A stretch of DNA of 63,526 bases, the filler included, from Kipferlia bialata (Eukaryota): NCBI GenBank assembly GCA_003568945.1. It is 4 parts of 3 records of this genome, joined end to end, with 100 filler letters (N's around TTAATTAATTAA, not from the genome) between each part and the next. Parts side by side here need not be neighbours in the genome. Positions count along the whole stretch, not along the records: positions 12,964 to 31,095 come from BDIP01000074.1; 3 more parts are not named here. One strand, 5' to 3'. The number at the start of each line of letters is the position of its first letter. The stretch's first letter is position 1. The notes beneath the pieces were generated by a model that made no database searches, was not told the DNA's origin, and was given only the letters and a program-made list of their open reading frames with translations. The translations under genes and the position numbers were made by a program. This document shows positions 13,046-24,678 of this stretch, piece after piece.

Positions 13046-14748
13046 GTTGAGTCCATTCTGGGTGACGTTGCCTCCCCCTCTCGCCTTGTCCTCAGGTGTC
13101 TGGTGTCACTGGAGAGGCACTGTGGGTCAGCACTGACTAGACAGGTGTGTTAGTACATAATACCTCTCTGGTATCTGTACTAGTCTAACAGGATATATGG
13201 TGTCTGGTGGGGGTGTGTCCTCCTCAACTTATCACTCACCCAGGCCATTCTAGACAGCAATGTCCCCACTGCTGTGATTGCTAGGTGGACACGGCCACGG
13301 ACATCAGAGGGTGGGTATCGAACCTATAGTTGCAGTCTACTTATATACTCTCTCTTTGTCTCTCTGTCTCTCTGTCTCTCTCTATATACTTATAGGTGGA
13401 CACGGCCACGGACATCAGAGGGTGAGAGGGTGACTCTTCAACTGTCTGTATATGCAGTGATGGACCTCTAAGAACCTTCTGTCTGCATTCTGCTACACAC
13501 ACTCTCTCTCTCTCTCTACCTCTTACCCTAGCCATCTGTACCCAGTGTGTCAAGGCCCTGCTAGCCCTTGTGTCCAACCCAACTGGTGCAGCACATACAC
13601 TGACACACTGCCCAGAGATAGTGGAGGGGGTGAGGCGGGTGTTAGAGACTGAGAGGTGAGAGATATGAATGTCTGTTTCCCAAGCATATACTCTCTTGAC
13701 TATTGGCGTGTACTCCTCTCTGATAGTATTCGGTATATAGGGGATACCTTTCTTACCATCAGGGACAGACTCCTGTGCTGGGGTGTCCTGGAGGCCCTCT
13801 GCGGTGTATGCACCTCTGATGAGTATGGTCCCCTAGCAGTAGGACCCTTGGTACAGTGGGTGTTACCCATGGCTGTCACCCACATGCACGGTACTCTATC
13901 CTCAGACACCCCATACGACCCATCCCTCCTCTCCCTCCCCCTGGCCACATGCAGACACCTCATCTCTCTCTCCCTCGCTGCCAGGGCCGCTGCAGTCGAT
14001 GTGAGTGTGGAGGTTGTGGAGACGCAGAGAGAGAGTGCCGACACTGACCTGTACGGGGTGTGTCAGAGTATACTGACCTCATACATGGAGTATGAGTGTG
14101 ACGAGGGTGTGGTCTGCGCGGCGTGTGAGATTGTGACTGAGCTTCTCTCCCTCTCCCGCACAGCAGCAGCCTCTCTCTCTCTCTCCCTGGTGCGCCCTGC
14201 TCTCTCTCTCTCTGGCACTCTCTCCCCTGCTGTCCGAAGAGCAGGGTACGACCTGCTTGCAGTTGTCCTTCTGGACTCCCGTGCATGCCGTGCCTCTCTC
14301 TCCGAGGCCATGTGCGGCAGTGTCCAACCAGGGGCAGATGCACTGGCCCTTGTCAAGAGGCAGGCCGCAGACTATGTACCGGGTATAGGTGGGGTGGCAC
14401 AGGCACTGCTGTCTGGGGTCAGGGAGGCCAAGACAGAGGAGGGCCTGTTTGCGGCATTACCCTCTGAGGTTGGTGTATCCAATGCATGCCCCCCTCCTAC
14501 CCACCATGACCCTGTGATGGATGCTGACCTGGCAGAGGCAGAGGCATACAGGTATATATATTGTATATATATATACATATATTAATATGTACATATATAC
14601 ATGTAATACACTGTTACTGTTACAGACCTGGCAGAGGCAGAGGCATACAGGTATATACATAGTATATATACTGACACTGATACTGGAAGTCATAACTGAT
14701 GACAGACTATGGGAGGCACGCATGATGCATGGTATGGGTGGTCAGTGA
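13046..14748 (+). CDS. Helical ARM/HEAT-like hypothetical protein, 5'-truncated by a gap
   Basis: In-phase exons, including a long GC-rich exon (about 13763-14551) with Leu/Ala-rich amphipathic helices (VCAACEIVTELL, VRRAGYDLLAVVLL). Final exon RLWEARMMHGMGGQ*. Confidence 0.55.
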
Positions 14749-14934
14749 GAGAGAGACTATGACTGGGTAGTATGGTGGTCATGGTCGTTTGTAATACAAT
14801 ATGTATGCAGTACAGTTCAATATTATGTGTTTGTGTCGTATGTGTGCGTTTGGAATAGACATGTCAAATGTCCCATTTGCAGAGTTTCAATGATTGTCAG
14901 AATGCAAACTGGTCCATTGATACACCCATGCCAT

Positions 14935-16222
14935 CTATATCTCGCTGAGGGAGCACGACTCTGGTGCGTCTGTGAATATGACCAGGAAGTGGCCATTGGC
15001 AAAGGACCCAGGGGACACTATGGAGGTCGTGTTCTCACAGGACGTGTCCTCGGGTGGGTAGTTGATCTTGCGCTGGAACTGGGGCAGTGCGTCTGCAAGG
15101 ACCACCACGTGTGGCAAGGGGTAGAGCGACATGGCGTGGTGGTACTGCCCCACCACTGCCCGACACCGAGGGGGCAAGGGGTTGAGAGTGGCCTGGGAGA
15201 GGAGGGTGTTGCAGAGGAGCTCTGCTGTCCCCTGGGCCTCGTCCTCATCTACCTCCATACCGGTGTCCTCAGGGGATGTAGATGCACCCCCTACCCTGGC
15301 ACCGGGTGTGTGCGGGTCCATGATGATGTGGCGCCTCAGGGATGCTAGGGTGTGGTCCCTGTGTATCACAATCTCCCTGTGCAGCACTCTCAGTCTGCAT
15401 GGGTTGTGGGCCATGGTGCACCTGGCTAGGACCTGACAATGAGTACATATAGTGTACATATAGTATATGATGATCTGGCAAGGACCTAAGTGTCAGGATC
15501 ACTCTCAGTGTATAACATTTGACTATATATGTATATGTCCATACCTCCTTGAGCATGTCGGTACTGACAGCAGGGGGCAGGGGTCCACGGGGCAGCACAT
15601 CACCTAGGGTAAGACATTGTAGGGACTATACACACTATATGATATGGAGCTATAGAGTATAGAGTATTTACTATATAGTATACATGCAACAATACATACT
15701 ATATACTATATACTATGTATACTGACCTGATAGGGTGGCGTCATCGGGGCCAGGTACAAACACAACGTGGCTGCTGTTGGAGATGTCCACAAACCTGGGG
15801 TAAGAGAGAGACAGGAACATTTCTTAGCTATACGATGTGGATAGGCAAGCCACCAAGTGAAAGCCACTTTCTGTGCTAACACATTCTATATATACATACA
15901 TTCTAGATACCTACTGAAGAGTCCCGCCAGCCATGTAAATGCCTCCTTGTACTCCCCCAGTCTCAGCCACACGGGGGAGGTGGAGGGGGAGAGGTAGTTG
16001 CCACAGAGGACTAGCACAGTGGGGATCATGGGGGCATCAACCAGCCTGCGAGATGAGAAAGAGAGACAGGAAATAGGAAATGAGAGGGTATAGTCTATAT
16101 ATTACCTGTCAAAGAGGCTCTCGAGTCTCTCCCTCCCTGCCTGTGTGTCCAGGACAACGTCACTCAGTACAAAGGTGGTGGTGTCGCTAAAGGAGTTAAC
16201 ACCTGGGGTTAGAAGTATGCAG

Positions 16223-16255
<33 letters not shown>

Positions 16256-17562
16256 TAGAGAGAGAGAGAAAGAGCTGAAGGAGTTAACACCTGGGATTAG
16301 AAGAATTGAAGTATATCACAATCTATATACATACAGACACATCTACTTGCCTAGATCTGTGATGTCTGTCAGGTGTGCCGATGTGACTGGGTCATTGAGT
16401 ATTCATATATATACACATATATATATTTACATGTGTATGGAACTCAGCATATATATAGTATATATACATACCCAGGTCTGTGATGTCTGTCAGGTGTGCC
16501 GATGTGACTGGGTCCGACAGACCCCCAAAGGAGTCGATGATGCCCTCCTTCATGACATGGGCACGGCCTGGCACTCTAGGAGTAAGATATGTGTATATAT
16601 GAAAATATATACATATATGTAATAGTAGTATACAAAGTAGGAAGGTTGAATGATGCCCTCCTTCACGACATGGGCACGGCCACCCTGGTGATATATACTA
16701 TACACTGTATACATCTGCATAGAAGTATAGTAGATGAACAATCTGCCCACCTTGGCTCCGTTGGCGGTAGGGCAATGTACTTTGCCAGGAACACCGTGCT
16801 GTTGTGCACTAAGGTACCCTGCACCAGCACCACACTGCCCTCCACCACATACCCGTCACTCATGAGCTGTGCATCTGTGATGTCAGCCCTCAGTGATGCA
16901 TTGGGGGTCTCCAGCATACACGTCAGCCTGTCAACACCGCCTATATCCTCTCTCTCCACCCCAGAGACAACTGCCAGCACACACACTGCGCCCCCGTCAC
17001 TCACGATGGACTCGATCTCTGTCAGAGGGGGTAGGGCCTGACCCCTCACCACAGGGTATATGGCCGGGTTGAACTGGCACCACGAGGCAAAGACGGGGTC
17101 CCTGGCATGGCACTCGTAGATGGTGCGGATCAGACCCAGCCTGGGGGTTAGAGGTTACATAGAGTGAAGGGGATAGGGAATATATAGTGTATGGATGAAG
17201 ATGGTGCGGATCAGACCCAGCCTATGGGGGGAGGGGAGGGAGAGGAAGGAGATAGCACTCAAAGAGAAGGGGAGTAATACCATGCTTCCCATATAGTACC
17301 CATTACCTCTCTGCCAGTGAGTGCAGACTGGAGTTGAGGTCACTGACCATGCAGCCCCTGCCACCATCGGCTGTCTTGGGGGTCTTCCTAGTGTCAGTAT
17401 CAGTATGTGTATATAATATATAATCAGTATCAGTATCAGTAGAGTATAGAGTATCATCACTACCAGTAAGAATTTGTATCAGTATATATGTGTCAGTAGT
17501 ATCAGTATCTACCTGTTGGCCACACCCCTCCGGCTGGCCTCGCTCACAAGCCGCGGCATGTC
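14935..17562 (-). CDS. POLE2: DNA polymerase epsilon subunit B (Dpb2/POLE2); 5' end uncertain
   Basis: Family motifs appear in order: GYVVEGSVVLVQG, ALPPTE, FVLSDVVLD, PTVLVLCGNY, VFVPGPDD, LPRGPLP, NPCRL..REIVIHR, TLLSQATLNPLP..SLYPLPHVVVLAD, SPGSF. Confidence 0.92.
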
Positions 17563-17674
17563 CTAGGGTAAGGACTTCTGCAGAAGACAGAATTATATAT
17601 ATACTAATACTTGTGAAGAGACAGTTGGGGGGGGGGGGGGGGGGGGGGGGGAAAAGAAAAAAGGGGAGGGGGGG

Positions 17675-17711
<37 letters not shown>

Positions 17712-18801
17712 TAGAGACTGTGAGACACACCGTGACACCGGACTAACACAGGAATACATAGTATGTGGATACATAATACAGGGTACGTGATACTACCGAT
17801 AGAGTCAGCTGACCAAGTATACGACACTACCTGGCACATAGTCACAGAACAGACTCTCTGCTAGGGTGGAGGGTATCCCAGGCACCGGAGAGTTCTGCCA
17901 GACATTGTCGAAGGAGGCTCCTGGGAGGTGAGGGTGTATACAGACAGTGAACCGTCCTTAATCAATACAATCGCTACTACCGTGTGTCTTGGATAGTCAT
18001 GTGCTTCTCCCACCATATCCAACACCAATCCAGCTCAACATGTAAATGGATACACATACTATATCTACCTCCTGTGTCTGTGTCATGGCTCAGAAACAGT
18101 ACATGCTGCAGCAGAGGGTAGAGGTCCTGGCTGACGCTCATTGTGTATACGCCTCAGCCACTCACGACACACAGCACTCAGAGACTGGCAGGCACCCAGG
18201 CACTACAAGAAGAGATAAGCTGCTATATGACACCTCACCAGCACTCTCAGAAGCTACCGTGGGCTGGAACCAGCGTGGTAGAGGAGACAGTAACTGAGTG
18301 AGACTCTGAATCAAAAAAGAGGTCAGGGGTGTAGGACCTTAGTTTCGATATTGACCATTAAGCACACTAATTATGAAAGCCTAGATCTACTCCTTCACAA
18401 CATGACCCTGTCTCACCATAGACCACCGTCCTCGGGCAAATTCAACTGATACCCTTCACCTGGTCTCGAGATGGGATAAATGACTCTGTCATGTTATTGT
18501 GGACCACTTGTCTTTCTGGACCCGAACATCGTGGTGTGACACGTATGTCAGTTCGGTCTTGCAGGGAAGACTTCAGACATATAGTAATGTTCAAAGCCTG
18601 TTATCCACGTATAAATACGAGAAAATGGTTCCTACTGTATATATATTCCTTGTTCGTCCTGTGTCGCATACATTCCCACACCAAAGATATTGGCACGATG
18701 CATCACATTCTCTCTCTAGTCCTCTATTATTCACGTGGTCCCCTTTGACCATGAGGATCTGGAACGTACATGGTTGATGCCTGGACCGGGTCCCGCTCGT
18801 C

Positions 18802-21800
18802 TCATAGCCCAGTAAAGAAGCCCCCGTGCACATCCATCATGTGCCCATAGACTGGCCCTTGTTCATCTGATACGAACCCACAGACGAAGCACCAGTGCTT
18901 ACCACAGTGGCAGGTGATGTGGTTGCAGTCCTCAGGGTGGTCCTCGTCCTTCATCACGGCCACTCCGCAGTGGGGACAGGTCCGCCTGAATCTGGACAGG
19001 ATGCGGAACCTGTTCAACTCCTGGTCGAGTTCAGCAACAGCATGGTCGGCACTACGGTCACCGGTACCCACGGTGATGCCCTAGAGTCAGAGATGGCAGA
19101 TGGCAGGTAGATATTGGTAGTGATGGAAATACTACGTACAGCGTGGTCAAATGAATCCCTGAATGCCATTTCAAGGTTGTCTAGGCAGCAGGATGGAATT
19201 GATATGGACGCAGTACATAGATGGGCCGTTGGGAGGCCGAGCCGAGCATCGGTGACATCGAGCTCGAGGGTGATGGGCTGAGGAGGGAGGATGGGGGAGC
19301 CACAGCCAAACACTAGTAGCCGTCTTAGCAGGGTGATGTCCTCCCTCTCCATCTGCTCCCTGACAAACGCGGTGAAGTTAGTCAGAAGCTGCTGGCTCTC
19401 CACACGGAAGCATGCACCGTACTCATCAGCTGTGAAGGCTCCAAAGCCTAGGGAGAGTGTAAGGAACTGTTCCAGTGACAGGGCCTCGACACGGGTTTCC
19501 CACTCTGGGTGGAGGGAGTTGAATCCCTTCCGCATCTCTACTACTGCCTCTAGGAGCAGGCGCACATACCCGGCCTCAAACTCCCTGGCAAACTCTGTCT
19601 TGTTGTCTTCGGAGAGCACCTTGTCAGATGAACAGCCAGGGATGTCGGAGAATGGCAGCTGCGTGAGAAGATGTCAAAGGATGCTGTACATACACATCAC
19701 AATAGACTGACCTCTACTGGGTTCTCAAGGAGTCTGAGCAGTGTCCTCCGCTGCTGGGGGAATGTGGCAGCAAAGAGGTGGGACACTAGGGCCTTGTCGT
19801 GCAGGATCTTGTTTGGGTTGGCCTAGGGGTAGCGAGTTAGCAGTGGGCAAAGAGAATTTGACATTGGATTGGTGTCAGATGTATATATGTATTCACCTGT
19901 AGTCCTGCCATCACCAGCTTGCCGAACATGCCACGCTCTATGGGGCTCTCGGACATCTGGAAGGCTAGAAAGCGACCCAGACAGGCATATGGCACTGTGA
20001 ATGCAGCCAGAGTCTCGGTGTCACCAGCCTCTCGGGCTTCCTGGGGTGAACACGTGATGAAGTATCTCTTGGAAGGAGTAGTACTGTTACCTGCATTAGG
20101 ATACATGCACTGACGGAGGGCCCCAGTGGGAATGTAGTATCCCCGAGAGGCTCGAAGAGTGCAATGGTCTCTGTGCCTACTGTGATAGGTCTAGACAGGT
20201 CTGCGAGAAGGGACCTCAGAGGAGTGTTGTCTGCATCATCCTGGTTGGGCAGCACCAGCTGAGCGTAGCCCTCCATGCTGGGCTGGGGTGGAAGAGCAAA
20301 GTGCACTGTCAGAGACTCGACTGAGCACTCGACGATAGGGGCATTGTCCTTGAGTGCCTCAAGTGCTAGGGTGAGGGACGACGTTCATGGCTCTTGTAAC
20401 TAGAACATAACTACTCCTAGACTAGTTATAATGTGTTACCACCTGTCCACTGATGTTCCAGTATGGCTGTGTACTTCTGGGCGGCAGAGGCCGAGACAGA
20501 AGGCGAAGATAGTACAGGAGAGAAGAGTCCTCTGTTGAGGAGATGATAGGCCCCGACCCGGCCAGACTTGGGACCGAAGCATGTCTGAGTAAGTAGTAAT
20601 TCCAAACCGCAGGCTTTAGGACGTAGTGTCAATTGGTGTATATACTACAAATATACGAATGCAGTGCACACCTTGATCATGTCAATCTCGACGCTGGAGA
20701 GATCTGCTGTGGCGAACTCGGGTACTGGATATATGACGAGGGTGGGGGTGAATAGCCAGACAACAACCTAGTTGGTGAGTAGTCGCAATCCAGTCATTCA
20801 TTAGGAAGGTCCTAGAGTGGCATTTGGCTCATACCTTGCCCATGGAGTATACGTCAGACAGATGGCAGAAGTGCATGTTCGGGCCTATTGAGTGCTCCAT
20901 GTCGATGAAGCCTATCGTGCCAGCACCCTGAGGTGTTGGAGAGACAGGCCAATAACGGTCATTAGCAAGGTTTACTAAGTGGCTGCACCCACCTCTCTCT
21001 GTGTCTGCCTGACCGTAGCAATATAGTCTTCCTCGCTCTTGGATATGTCAAAGTCTGTCAGGGCCACTCCTGGATGATGAGAAGAGAGTTGGGCAGGATT
21101 GAGCCAACAAAGGTCCTCACCTGTGACAGTCCCGTCCTCCTCATGGTTGACCAGTATGTTCTGAGGCTTGATGTCCCTGTGTAAAATGTGGCAGGACTCG
21201 AGGGCAACCATTGCCTCGATGACCTGGAGTAAATGACATACATAGTAATCAGATCGGTGTTAGGCTTGCTTCCACATTACCAGTTGATACTTCGACTCCC
21301 AGAATCCTTTATCACACGCACCTCGTGCATGATGTGCCTCTTCACTGCTGTGGTGGGCGGGAACCTCTCCACAAACTGTGCCAGGTCACACGAGTACCTG
21401 GAGGTAAATGTATACGTACATGGATGAGACGCTTGCACTGCAGGGCATGCACAAGGTCCCACCTCTCCAGGATGATGTAGCAAGTGTTGTCCTCCACCAA
21501 GAACCCATGGCACCGGACCACGTTGGGGGTATGCACACGGCTGAAGACTGCCAACTCTCTACTGACACTGCAGAGCTGGCTGTGGTTCCTGAGAGTGAGG
21601 GGGAGAAGTAGATACTGAGCTCGTGATGGGACCTCAAAAAACTGGACCAGTATACTATACTGGTAGTACCACCTCATGTCGTATGCCTTCAGAATGACGG
21701 GCACATGGGAGTCTGGGTGGATCCCTGGCGTGAAGGGATTAACTGTAAAGAGGCGAAGAGGAAAGGTACCTGAGAGCAGAGTGATCCTTGGGGATGTGTG

Positions 21801-24460
21801 GAACTCTGCAGCCTGGAACTGGGTGACACTCCTGTCGCAGAAGAGGGACACATAGGCTGAGAGGGCGGTGTTGTCCAGAGGGTGTGTAAGTGGGAGAGTC
21901 TTCAGAACATCTGGCTATGAGACTATTCATCTGCTGCCGGAGCAGTATTGACATATATATAATCAAATATTTATAGCATATACGATCTATAGCATACATG
22001 ATGTATACTATTTGGAGGGAACCCACCTGCCGCAGCTGGAAATGACCTGTAACGCTGTAGTCTCTCAATTTTGGCTCGTCTCTCAGCGTGAGCCGCAGAG
22101 CTTGTTGCGATCTCCTGGTCTAGCTAGGGTGAGGATCACACAAACTTGGACAAGAAGACCTACTTAGGGTACTGTTGCCACTAAAGAATCAAGCCAATGA
22201 CCCGTTACCTGCCCAATGCTGTCCCGAATTGAGGCCATGTCAGCCTCTGGTACTCTGCGCCTGCTGAGACGGCTCTTGAGCTCATCTCTAGTGTAATGAT
22301 AGTGAGAGAGGTTACTATACTGTCAGGAACGATGTAAATGGTGCTCTCTCTCAGGATTGGGCTTCGTACTGAGTATCCTTTAGGATAGCATACCTCTTGT
22401 CCAGCAGTTCCTCGTGACTCTGAATAGGAACTGGAGGGTGGTTCTCCAGCCAAGAGACAAGGTCATGGATGTCCTAGAAGTGAGAACACCAGAGAGATAC
22501 CATTCCACCTACAGTGCACCCACATATAGTATCGTCGTAATACGTATATTTCGGCTAACACTTCACCTTCTGGTCCTTGGCCAGCAGGGACAGGTTGAGA
22601 AGGGTGCGCTGGGCCTCTCTCTCAAGCTTCTCACAGTCCGATACATCAGGAGGAGTCAGGTCCTTGATGGCGTTCACACACGCATCAACCTGAAGTTGGA
22701 TATATATGTGGTGTTACGGTGTGTATTGATAGTACTGGCGATTTCTTTACTGCCCTCGCTCACCTTTGCCGCCAGGGAGATGAGAATCGTGGCTGCCTTA
22801 AAGACGCTTGCCACCTCAGTGTTGTATTCCTGGGCCTAGAAGTAAGATATCCTTGTACCCACTACTCTAAAGAGAGACAAAGGGGTGACCTGAAAGAACT
22901 TGGCCATGTCTGTGAGAGAGAGATGGGAGGGGTCCATGGGAAGGGGGACAAGTCGGATCTCCTTCAGTCCTGCTATAAGGGCTCCTGCAGTACGCACTAG
23001 TTTCATACTCCTCTCAGGGTCCAGGATGCGTCCCTTGTAGTATAGGAGGGCTGTCGTGAATTCTTCTACAATGGCCAGGAGACTCGTGTGGAGGGCGGCA
23101 CAGTTACTCTCCTTGAGGGTGGGGAAAGGGGGTCTGGCTAAGAACTCTTTGAGCTCACCCAGCGCCGCACACATACGAAGGGCATGAGGCGTGAATGCAA
23201 AGAGGTAGTTCACCGTGGGTCCCACTTGAGATGGATCGAAGGCAGTGATGTTGGACTTGGGTGAGTTGAAGGATATATGTGTGTGTGCACATGGGCGGTC
23301 GTTGCGGCACATATGCATTGATGATAGCGACTTCACTATAACTCTATACTATAGAGTCTATACCCCACTCTGAATACCTTGAGTGTCGCCAGTGCAGACA
23401 GCTGATTGGCTGAGAATGCGTCAAAACGGGTGTCAACGGCGCTTGATAGTGCCTCGAGCCGAGACACTCTGGCAGTGATGGCCTTCGCCTGGTCTTCTAG
23501 GGCCGTCGCGGCAAGATGCTCATTAGACAGGCCAACATGGAGAGATCGCACATGATCAGACAGAGCCCTGCCCAGCGCTAAGGCTCCTTGAGGCGTCTCC
23601 TCCATCATCTCTAGCAGACGCAGGGCCCTGGCCAGAGGGGAGAGCCTCAAGGTCTGCTGTATGAGGTCATGGACGGGAGTCCTCACCAGGGTCACGTTCA
23701 TCTGAACGTCAGTCTAGATATGTTCTCATGCTCAAAACGGTGATGCACTCTACTGACATTATATATATCTAACATTATACTGATACTATATATGATACAT
23801 AGTTTCACATTCAAAGAGAGGCATTAATGGTAGTATTAACAAGTAACTATTTCAGGATATTGTATTCAGAAGTACAATGCAATGATCACATATTGCAGCC
23901 CTTACCTGCATCAACCTCGGTGAGCGAAGAATAGCTACAACCAGGGGTCTTCCGACTGAGTCTGGTAAGGGGGAGGAGTGGATATGGAGCTGGAGTGGGT
24001 CGAGAAAACAAATACCTATATATCGTGAATACTGCAAGCTGATACCGTGGTGAGGTTCAGCATGTGGGGCAGGTTCTTCGCGAGGTCCTCGATGGCCTCG
24101 CCGTCGAAGCAGGCCATTCCAGTATCCAGCTCTACCAGCCAGTCCATCCGCCCCAGCATGAATGCGAAGCACTTCCCAGACATACCGGTGAAGTCGTGGG
24201 ACTCGATGAACTGAAGTCAAGGATGATCAGAAACGTAAGGGACATAAGATACTCCTGTTACATGGGGCCTGTATGACTTCTAGGTACGTTATTGTCATTA
24301 AGTTAATGACTCATTAACCCTAGCAGCGTACCTTGAGAGTCGTAATTCTTTCTCTGGACACACGTATCAGCTCTGTTAGCCAAGATCCAGATTGTCCAAC
24401 ACTCGCCATCATGTTACGGAAACCTTCGATATGAGGGGCCTCAAGTGAGTCACGCTCCAT
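18802..24460 (-). CDS. Multidomain protein: helical N-terminus + protein kinase + HECT domain + C-terminal RBR-type Rcat/RING2 domain
   Basis: Kinase motifs: VILK, RELAVF, HRDIKPQNILV, TDFDISK, GTIGFIDME, SDVYS. HECT motifs: LFEP..RYFI, LGRFLA, RRLLVFGCGSPILP, LPTAHLC. A phase-0 intron joins this to RTCPHCGVAVMKDEDHPEDCNHITCHCGKHWCFVC. Stop at 18802; putative ATG at 24460. Confidence 0.8.
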
Positions 24461-24571
24461 CTTTTGGTAGAGAGGCCGAGAACCATCCTGCTTCGATGCA
24501 GATTGTCTCAAGATGGCATCTACAGTATCGTGTATCGCAGTAGATACCTGAGCAGTATCACACAAAAACAC

Positions 24572-24600
24572 AAAAGGGTTTAGGATGGCAAAAGGGTTCC
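24572..24600. promoter_or_regulatory. Candidate promoter motif AAAAGGGTTTAG, plus a second partial copy, in a bidirectional intergenic region
   Basis: The same motif recurs upstream of other start codons at 29535, 45591 (reverse complement) and 60893 (reverse complement). Confidence 0.45.
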
Positions 24601-24678
24601 GCGCGTCGGTACGATTCCGTGATCATTACCTTGACAAGTATCATCTCTCCATCAACCACAACGTGTATTGACCCAAAC

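Noticed and set aside
17626..17710. Long poly-G/poly-C tracts (also 12820, 12970, 60030-60110, 63470-end) as G-quadruplex elements
   Set aside because: Mostly next to gaps or contig ends and mixed with poly-A, which is typical of low-quality homopolymer sequence.
18313..18356. Short GGTCA..TGACC stem followed by a T-run on the minus strand, as a possible Pol III RNA
   Set aside because: The stem is only 5 bp and there is no tRNA cloverleaf or A/B box, so it is compatible with chance.
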